The translations under genes and the position numbers were made by a program. The notes below the pieces were generated by a model. It was not told where the DNA came from, searched no databases, and was given only the letters and a program-made list of their open reading frames with translations. A DNA stretch of 60,988 nucleotides, the filler included, from Sphacelaria rigidula (lineage: Eukaryota), in NCBI GenBank assembly GCA_964200075.2. It is 4 parts of 4 records of this genome, joined end to end, with 100 filler letters (N's around TTAATTAATTAA, not from the genome) between each part and the next. Parts side by side here need not be neighbours in the genome. Positions count along the whole stretch, not along the records: positions 45,822 to 60,988 come from CAXNAA020001879.1; 3 more parts are not named here. One strand, given 5' to 3'. This document shows, one piece after another, positions 51,599 through 60,988 of the stretch (the first letter of the stretch is position 1; each line of letters starts with the position of its first letter).

Positions 51599-52298
51599 CT
51601 GTTGCAATCCAACCTTGGCAGTACTACTATGATGATGCAATGTATCAGACCCGCCTAGAGAACTAGCCTGTTTCCGCCTCGAGCAATAGCACAACTACAG
51701 TACAGTACACAGTAGCCACCCCCGAAGGTGTAGGTGTACAAAAAACGATCAGTATAACCTTGATCTTCCGATGAGATACAGAACAAAAGAGTATGGCCCA
51801 TAGCATGCGCGGGCAAATATATTCAACGTGTACCGATGGGATTGGTCATGTTATTTTTGTGCACATGTACGCGTATCTCGCACTGTGTGTGGTTGTGGTG
51901 GGCTGCGGCAAAGGGTGATAAAAATGAGCGCTCCTCACGAGACAAATTGCAATACAACAGTAAATCATCGATTATTACATGCGATAGGTGACGATCGGAG
52001 ATAAGTAGGTGCGCAGTACCCTAAGCCTAGCCCTAGATGCAATGGGTAAAAAATGGTGGAATGGATATTGTACCCGATGGAGGTCCGTATCTCAAACTTG
52101 AGATATACCCGCTGTGGTATATCAGATATTCAATAGTAATTTACTCAAGGGTACACGAATACAGGGTATCCCGCACACCCATAAGACGCCCCCCACCCCC
52201 CCCAGCCCCTGCTTCCCCATCGGAGGGGGCATATTTCCATTTGTATAATTATGTCGCGCATATTTTTTTTCCTCGCTGATTTTTCTTTTAACCTTTAA

Positions 52299-52399
52299 CC
52301 CTTTGACCGCGAGGGTAGGTCACCTGCTAAGTCGGTATAAATTATGTAATTGAAAAGTATTAGTGATCTAGATGGACTGCCCGCATCGCGGTCCAAGGA
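52299..52399. mobile_element. piggyBac-like mini-MITE
   Basis: ttaa|ccctttgaccgcga ... tcgcggtccaagga|ttaa. Confidence 0.75.
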
Positions 52400-52572
52400 T
52401 TAACATTCTTTTCGAAAATGACGTTGTACAATATAATGATGTTCAACTCCAACAATACTTTCCGCGTGACCTAAATAAAGCCATGAAAAAGAGTAAATGA
52501 TTTTCACCTATAATAAATACCTCCCTGCCGTCCATCTGTTTTGAGGAACAAAGTGACGAAAAGAAATGGGTA

Positions 52573-53441
52573 CGAGTAGTATAGCCGGGATTGGTCGAAT
52601 GTTCACTCTCCGCCCCTCTCAGACATCGTTCCTGGCTTACAATTTTTCACCGTGGGAAACTTCCACGGTTCGGACGAATCATCGCCGGTTCGAATCACCA
52701 AATCCACGATTTCTTAGGTCTGATTGCTCGAAAGGAAGGGAAAAAAATCCACCGCTGGTCACAGATCTCCGCGCGACTTTTGCGCCATTCCACGTGCCTG
52801 GGCTGCGCGTACCCTGGTTGCAACGCGGAAGACAAAGCCTAAGGATTGATTCGTACGGGACGAATCAATTACACTAAAATCGAGTAATTTACGGACGAAT
52901 CATCTTGACACAACATTTTTATCATCACTACGGTACGCAAAGCCTTCCCGGGGATGGATGCCAAGAAGAAGAAAAAAAAACAGAAAGTTAGAGCGATTTG
53001 AAGTTTCTGCCAAAACTAGAAAAATGTTATAACTCCATGAAAATAAACGAAATACGGGGGCATCCCTGGTGTAGTTGTGCGTCCTTATGTGGAGGAGATC
53101 TTGGTACAATTTCGGCCGAAAATTCCAGAAATTTGGCGCAGTATCTCCAACTTTTCGTGTGGCATGGCTGCGCAAGTTTAATCCAAGTGATGATGCAGTT
53201 GACTCCACTTATTATGTGGGTCACGAGTTCGAATCCCGACGGATTCCTTTTTTTTGTTCCGTTGGTAAGGTGGTACAATATGAGGTACATTTTTTTCAAT
53301 ATTTTTTCATTCAGCGGCCGTCCCGTGCGTTACCACGTTGGTCTGCAGGTCACACCGATGTACTCAAGTCGGGCTGATTTGGTAAACTTGATAAGTTATG
53401 GTGTGACATGCAAATGCAGGATTTTTGGCTGGCCCAGCTCG
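52573..53441. mobile_element. Non-autonomous TIR element (CGAGCTGG family), TA TSD
   Basis: ta|cgagtagtatagcc ... ggctggcccagctcg|ta; internal homology to 24800-25421. Confidence 0.6.
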
Positions 53442-55800
53442 TACTTGTTTTTACTCTTTTATTTTACAATTTTCGAGTCAAAGTGTATCGTAGCAGCAGT
53501 AGTACTATAATAGCACGTGGACGTCATTGCCATTGTAAACAGTCTTGGAGTCAGGTAGAGGAGGACCACGAAACAGATCAAGACACCCGCCGACCCGTTC
53601 ACACTCAAAACTTATACACCAGACACATGCGAAGGGATATACTTCGGCTACTGGGGGATACCGGAGGAGCGAACTAGTTTTGCCAATCATACATCGCCGG
53701 CCTGATCGCAACATGAAACATCCACACAAAAGAATCTGAAGTAAGAAACGGCAGAAGGAACAAAATCCAACTATCGCATACCCTGGACAAGAGAATACAC
53801 GGTCAAAACATGTACTGCGTACAGTATGGGATATATTGTCTATTGCAATAGACAATAGATTTCATACTGTACGTAGTACATTTTTCGACAATATAATATT
53901 TTGTCCAGGGTGTGAACTATCGGCAACACGTGAGAAAAACACGTACCAGTACGTATTCGAAAACCAAAAATGAACACGAAGGGCACACGAGCGGTAGAGA
54001 GTCTAGCCCAAGTCATTGCGGCATCCCCAACTCATTGCTGAATCCCATGGTTGAAAAAAAAAAAAAAACAGCTTTAGGATGGATTATGACATTCGAATCT
54101 CGAAGGAGCTAGTAGTTTCAGGGGGGCACGCCAGAAGAGCTTCAGATAGGACGCGGGCCGCATGTACAGCAACCGGCAGGTTGCCGCACATCACGCCAGC
54201 AGGCGTGTGAGGTCAAATAGCTCCCCCCAGGGGCCCCAGGAGGGCCGGCGGAGGCGGGATTGTGAGGGCAGAAGCACAGGGTTCCACAAAAACAAGGATA
54301 TTTCGATCATGAAATTTGGCGGCAGGTTAGGTTAAACGCAAATCGCAAGCACCCCTTTTCTCCGCCAACTGCAACGAAAGAGACGAAGCAACAACACGTC
54401 ATGGCAAGCGATAACCGAATAAACAAAACAAAGCAACAAGATCGGGGCGTTGCCGAGGAGTACGCCACATGTCATTTCTGGCAGGTGATGCGCGGTATTT
54501 GTTCAAAGCCATTTATCTGATTAATGAAAATCCGCAGACCGTGACAGTATATCTTGCACCCTTCGCGCGTTGTTATGTATCCCTTCTACTCATTCAACTA
54601 CTATCTTGCCCGATTAACTGTCGCACGGTAAACTACGGTGGAGTAGGGCATCCGCCCATCAATCCTGGCGGAGTAGCTGCAAAGCCAACACAGATAGACG
54701 AAACTACAAAACTGAACGCATGTATAGACCACCCCATGCCCACCAGTAAACATCATACTAGCTGCAACTTCGTGCAGGGACACCGAAAAAAGACAACTAT
54801 TAGAGAATGGAGCATATCCTTTTACACTAAAATTGTGACTGCAGCAGGCGCGTGCTGCGACTGCCCGTCAGCAAATGTCCATTCCACACTCGTAAAGGGG
54901 GGGGTCAACTCGGCCACACACATCGAGCGACAAACACGTGCATATCGTCAGATAAGCCCTTCCTTTTGCAAGAGCTGCTGAAAACATACCTCCAATCCAG
55001 TACGGCAACGACGCCTGAATGTTTGGGGCAAAAACAAGACAAAACAAAAACAAAACAGTACAAAAAATACCAAACAAAAGGACAAAACAAAACAATGTGG
55101 CATGCACTCCACCTTCCAGAAGCGTCCACACCACACACGCCACACTCCAAAAGCAAAATTCTTCCATGACGCAAAACCTTGTCCTTACTCCCTGCAGACG
55201 CAACACCCCAGCAAAATGGCTCAACACACAACACATTTTGTTTTTTAAAGGTATGAAAAAATCATCGTAATTCGATAGTTCACTGTGTTCTAACCCTGGT
55301 GCTCTACTGCGCTAACATATGGACCGATTTCCATCACCGATTCCCTGACTTGCTACGTTGGTGGGAGAATGCGTCATTCTCGAATAAAACCTCCTGGCGA
55401 ACAGCACTCCGTGTCTCATTTCACAACCCGACCAAAAACATATTCACACAATACCACCATTCGATTCATAACCCTGCTGTAATAGAGATCCACACTACGC
55501 TCGACACTGACCGCGAACAATCCAATGTTCAGCAACAACAGCGGAGTCTACGTCCCCACACCCCCACAGAAAATTCCAGCAAAACACAGAAGCGAACACA
55601 CACGCACAGAAATAAAACGAGCTGAACAGGCACGTAAGATCCAGCAATTAAAAAAACAACGCAAAAAAATGACCAAGCGGGGCAGGGGGGGGGGGGAGGG
55701 GCTGCTCTGCACTCCCTCCACGATTTCGCCGATATTGTGTTTGGACCGAGTAAGATAACTTTCCCAATACCATCTTCATTGGCATCGACAGCGCATGTTG

Positions 55801-58800
55801 TCACGCTTTGGAGATCGCGGCAGTGTACGCCACGTTCCCTGCTAAGAAGAGAATGATCAAGTACCTGTTGAGACATGCACACAAGGAGTGAGAAACAAAG
55901 GGAACGCTCAAGAAGTCTTGCCAGGAGGTGATCAATGCTTGCACACAAGAGCAGGCCACACTTACATGAGCATATCCTTATCCCTTACACATTTCAGCAG
56001 TATGTGCAAACGGCTGTGTAATACTTTATTCCCCGCTTGCCGGATAGAGCTGGAGGAAAGAGGACGCGCAAACCCAGCGAGCAAGACTGTAGCACAAACG
56101 GGGGTACATAAGTTCGGCACACTCGCTTGTCTTCTGTTTTTTTGTTTTATGTATCACCTCTAACCCCTCCCCTTCCTGGGGAAGAGTCCGTGATCTCGAG
56201 GGATCAACTTATCAAGCCATATCTATACCTCTCACCCCGGCCCACGCCTTGCATTTTGGTATCGCGGGTTGGATCATGACCATCACAATCCCGCACCGAG
56301 TCGACTGTCCAGAAACTCAGTCAAACGGACTCTTTTTGCTACTTAGGTCTTCACATTTTGAACGATGGAAATCAGAAACCTCTCAGGGAAAAGCCGAAGT
56401 GAAATGCATCTGGCTGGCATTGAACCCGCGTATTTTCAGACCTAATGACCTATTGGTGTCAGTTGTACTATTAATAGTGGGCCACCAGGGACGGCGGTAG
56501 TCTAGTAGCTACTTGCGAGAATAGCCAGCCCACACACAGAAGCTCGAATGCTCTATGATCCTGTTCGGGCCAAAGCAGCTAGTTCGCGACAAATTTCTGC
56601 ACTATATGTCGAACCATCATCACCTCTCACTACACACGCCCAGCTGCTTGACACGATATTGTACGTTCCTTCAGCAGAGAAAACCAAGCGGGGCAATACC
56701 GAGGGGGGCCTAAAGAAATTTTCGTAAACAACGGGTGGTGCTATGGAGGAGGTGCCGCCAACCCTAATGCTAACCCCAACCCAAACACCGACCAAGGTAT
56801 ATCGAGAACCCCCGGGCTATCGGGGTGCAGAATATTTCCAAGGTAAAGGGTGTGTTGCGAGACCTCAATTCGGCACCTGCGGCGCCGATTTTGGACGGAA
56901 ACACGTCCTGGATGAGCCAGGAGCACTTTGGACTGTCAGCCCTCATGGAATCCAAATATTAGTGTTCACCCTGAAATCAAGTAAAATCAAGCACCAACCA
57001 TTGTTTACGACAGTTTCTTCACGTCTCCTGGTACAATAGTACCAACCCTCTTCGGGAGTACAGATGAATATCACAAGAATGAAAAATATGACAAGGTGCG
57101 AAAAATGTGAACATCGTTCCGCACAAGATGAGAGACATCTGCAAGGCAGACAGCTGTGTTGACATCATTTCAATGAACTCACATGGGAAAGGTGACTCTC
57201 CAGATGATGCTCGTCGTACCTCCCGCACCACCTCCTCCGGAGAACCACAAGATCTAGAAAGTGACAAAAGCGCGCAGGGCAGAGTAAATAAATGGAAATT
57301 CTCATTCAAAATCTCAAGGAAAATCGAATGGAACATGTCAATGGGGTAGAGAGCACGCGATTAAACGAAATAGCAAAAGGGTAGCGAACAATAACAGATC
57401 ATGACGACGTGAAGCCAACGACCTCACGGCGTAAGAAGCGGGAGAAACATTGTGAACTTTTGTAATCCTGTGAATGTAAAGACAGTTTTTTTTTTTTAAT
57501 TGCTCATTCGTTTTTATTCTGGCCGTATAGTACTCGAAAATCTAAGATGAAAACTAGTGCCTCTTCTCCCATCACATACATCCCCAAACCACTGACCGAA
57601 AACTATGAAAATATAGACACCTTCTATCTATTTACAACGCACGTCAGCAAGTCTGGAATCACCAAGTCATGGGAGGAAAAATACAGCCAACGCTCACGAA
57701 CACACAAGCAACAAACACAAGCACACAAAACCTAAGCGTGATGCACGTACCCGTTCAGACGGGTCGTTTCCCAGACAAGGGATCCAGCTGCATCTGAAGA
57801 CGCGTCTACGTAGATCGTGTCAAGCGCCCAACGGAAGCGTCTATGGCGAATGTGCCAAGCACGCACGCGCACACACTCTCACCGGATACAGTGCTCGGAG
57901 GCCTACGTACATCCATCCCGCGGTGACAATATAGAGGTGAGGTAAACCACCTCGATCCGACGAAAAAATGCTGAGCCAAAACAACAGCAAGAACGGCACC
58001 GACTGCTCCAGCATGTTGCCAACGGTGCGATCCCAGCCGAGCATCTTCTTGTCCTTGCTGAAGTAGCGGTCGAACTGCGAAAGATTACGCATACAACAGT
58101 AAGCGCGCGCGAGACTTCTGCTTAGATGTAGTGATGTAGCTGTAGATCAATGAATGGATGACTGTCTACGCGACGATGGAATACCCTGGTGAATGTCACA
58201 TGCAAGGGACTGATGACCCTTGCTCGTTAAGTGCAACAGGTCACGAAAACGCGGTGAGCCTTGACAGTCCATTTCAATGGAGCACTTGCAATTTTATGCC
58301 GTCACACTTTGAACCCCCCCCGTTCCTCGGGACGAGTTCGTGGTCTCAAGCGATCAACGTAACCCTTTTGGAACTCGCGTAAAACAGTACAAACTCCCAT
58401 ACGCGAAATTTCGTCACTGGGAAACGTCACTTGGAGTTCGGTGCACGAATCTGCCACATTAGTATACTTGAACTTAGAGTGGTGCACCGTTTTGGTGGGC
58501 GGCATCATCAACACTTGCAGAAAACCGTCAATTGTAAATCGTCACTTTTCTATCAACGGTTCCAATATGGGTTAACAACCTATCTCTCCCCCGACACACG
58601 CCTTGCATCCTGGTGCCGTGGATGGGGTCATGGCCATCAGCACTTCCGCATCACGTCGGTTGTCGTCACACACAACAAACTCAGTCAAACATAATATTTT
58701 TGCTATTACACTCACGTCCTCACGCTTTTAGCCGAAATTAGATGTAGTAGTTTTCAGCAGAAATGAGGAATATTTATAATATTTTTGTAGCCGGCCATTT

Positions 58801-60774
58801 TCAACATTTTTTTTCGCGTGCCACTGCTCGTGCCAGTGAGCGCTAGATTCCGAAGTGTGGAGATCGCGAGATAATAGGCACCCGCTCCACATTCCGAAAA
58901 AAAATCTTGTCTGCCCTAATTTTTCAACGATTTACGGGCTGAATTTACAGGGGGTGTTATTGACCGTTTTATCCCAAACACATTTCTGTTCTCCTCTGGC
59001 GTAATGAATAGGTGAAAAAAAATGAGTGTAATATTATTTTCGAGAGCGATCGGGATTGTTTTTGCCCCCCCTGTGCTCTGCAGAGCTCGATTGGGCAATT
59101 TCCGTTTTTGGATACTTTTCTGGGTTTCCTCGTATTCTATTCTTCCTCTACAATCGAAAGTGCTAGCGTCGGTGGACATGCGGAAACGAAGCAGGTCATG
59201 CTCAGGGGACAATCCTGAATTAGTATCACCGGGGTGATACGGAGTAAGTACCTCGTTCATCAGGGGGTGTTATCGACCGTCACTGGTTAAAAAAACATAC
59301 TCTTTCGGCGCTAGTGCAATGAATAGGTAGAAATAAACAAAAAACGCATTTTCATTTGTTCACGAAAACGATCAGGATTATTCAACATAGTAAAAATACC
59401 CGGGGGTCAGAGCCTGGGGCTGGAGAGTCGCAGGACTCCCCAAAAACAGTCAGCCCGTAGGTGGTTCAATATCGAGTGCAGATACGGTTTTGTTTTAAAA
59501 TGTGGAGCGGATGCCCATTATCTTCCGATTCCCAAACTCGGGGTACTTGTGATTCAAACGTTCACTGGGATGAGCGGTTGCACGCGAAAACACAGTTGAA
59601 AAGCGCCGACTACGAAAAAATGTAAAAAATCTTATCTTTCAGCTGAAAACTACTGCACGTCGGAGAAAAAGTCGAAAAGCATCTTGCGGGAGGCGAACCC
59701 GCGCTCTTTCCACTCATACGGTGTCACTTGGACCATCAGACCACAGGGACGCGACAATCGACTGGAAACACTACCTATGCGGAATAGTCTGTCGACATTA
59801 CTTGCAGCAGTGTTGGGTACAATTTTGTAACACTGTGTAGGTTGTCTAGTCAAGGACTGTAAGCGTCTCTTCAAACTGGCCCCGTGACGATGGATACTGC
59901 TTGCACAGTAGAGGAAGAGCAGCCAAAGCAGGATGGATACGCTCAAAAACACATGTATATATACATATATATATATTGACAGTTTTTCAGGCACGGCATG
60001 CACAGCGATAACAGCAGTCGCGCTGGGAGCTCGAAAACCAGATAGGCAAAAAAATGCGCTTACGCTACTATTCCACGTTCCTTCACGCACTCACACATTT
60101 ACTTCGGAGTTTTATACACGAATATCATAAAACTCAGCGAGCCGCCGCGCGCCGGTGGTGTAATGGTCCGACTGTAGCCATTAGAGTGGAGAGAACGAGG
60201 CTTCGATTCCCGATGCGTTGGGTTTTTTCTTCGTAGTGTCTGATTTCCACCGTGGAAAGCGGGTAGTCGACTGAGTTTGTTTGACGCGAGTTGACCCATT
60301 AGAGTGGAGAGAACGAGGCTTCGGTTCCCGATGCGTTGGGTTTTTTCTTCGTAGTGTCTGATTTCCACCGTGGAAAGCGGGTAGTCGACTGAGTTTGTTT
60401 GACGCGAGTTGACGCGGTGCGGGAGTGCTGACCCGATCCGCGAGTCCAAAATGCAAGGCGTGTACCGGGGGAGAGATTGATTCCTTCAGCCTGAGGACTC
60501 GTCCTGAGGAAGGGGAGGGTTTCAAAGTGCAACAAATATATAAAATAGTGAAAAATACTCAGCGCACCTTTTTCTCGTGTGCAGTGTAGTGCGCTCTCAG
60601 CTTCCTCTTCATGACGGCCTGCGCCAACAAAAACAGGTAGTAGAGAGTAAAAAACGCCAGGGTCACGAACATGCCCTGCCTCACAGCCTCAGGAAGTGGA
60701 CCTATCGAACCGCCGGCGACCGCCGCACCACTCGCGGCTTTTTTGGCGGCGGCCTGTGCGTTTTTTCTCCCCAT
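55801..60774 (-). CDS. MAPEG-family (microsomal glutathione S-transferase-like) membrane protein, 4 exons, 177 aa
   Basis: Exons 60568-60774, 57883-58074, 57183-57253 and 55801-55864, GT-AG and in phase, ATG to TGA. Four hydrophobic segments, with motifs DRTVGNMLEQSVPFL (MAPEG R-x3-N-x2-E) and GWMYVGLRALYP (MAPEG G-x2-Y-x3-R-x2-Y). Confidence 0.85.
56160..56498 (-). mobile_element. Second SINE-like family (tRNA-like head, G-rich end) in a MAPEG intron
   Basis: Body ccaaaatgcaaggcgtg..ggactc..caggaaggggaggg is shared with 60140-60522 and partly with 58580-58660. Confidence 0.5.
60140..60522 (+). mobile_element. SINE-like element with an internal 118-bp tandem duplication
   Basis: A-box-like ggtggtgtaatgg and B-box-like ttcgattccc; 60178-60295 is duplicated at 60296-60413. 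Confidence 0.6.
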
Positions 60775-60935
60775 GATTGTCCCCAGATACGCCGGTCGTT
60801 GGTCTCGTGTATGAGCCTTCGGGACTTCTCCCGATAATATCTGAGGGACGCCAGAAATTGATCAAGAAAGAACGAGAAACCGGGGGAGACGGGTAAAGGC
60901 GAAGGAGGAGACGGCAGAGGGGGGGGGGGGGGGGG

Positions 60936-60975
60936 ACTCATAATCATGCCTGCCGTAGTCATAAGACAATTGGCC
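60936..60975 (-). mobile_element. LINE 3'-end fragment next to a long G-run
   Basis: (G)n-actcataatcatgcctgccgtagtcataagac matches 3018-3055. Confidence 0.6.
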
Positions 60976-60988
60976 TAAATTGGAAGGG

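Noticed and set aside
60140..60230. Functional tRNA gene
   Set aside because: Only A/B-box remnants and no proper cloverleaf; part of a SINE-like repeat. The same applies to 14790-14865 and 29865-29941.

Overview
Eukaryotic, intron-rich, repeat-dense DNA, not prokaryotic. Gene structure (0.3-2.5 kb GT-AG introns) and repeat types suggest a brown alga (Phaeophyceae); this is inference. The window is four separate contigs of nearly equal, descending length (1-15176, 15277-30450, 30551-45721, 45822-60988) joined by artificial N44-TTAATTAATTAA-N44 spacers, so nothing can be inferred across the joins. Host genes rebuilt by hand: the first 9 exons of HEATR1/UTP10 (minus strand, contig 2), a complete 4-exon MAPEG-family membrane protein gene (minus strand, contig 4), and two exons of a Cys-rich, C-type-lectin-like gene (contig 1). 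The rest is mostly decayed transposons: a CRE-like retrotransposon with a restriction-like endonuclease, two copies of an APE-RT LINE, a chromovirus-type gypsy fragment, a non-coding 6.9 kb LTR element, tRNA-derived SINEs and several MITE families, nested up to four deep. Most interesting signals: (i) a gypsy integrase tail with a chromodomain followed by a PWWP/Tudor-like domain; (ii) a LINE whose 3' ends repeatedly abut G/C homopolymer runs; (iii) a near-fully palindromic MITE with variable 2-bp target site duplications (TSDs). I found no convincing wholly new biological system.
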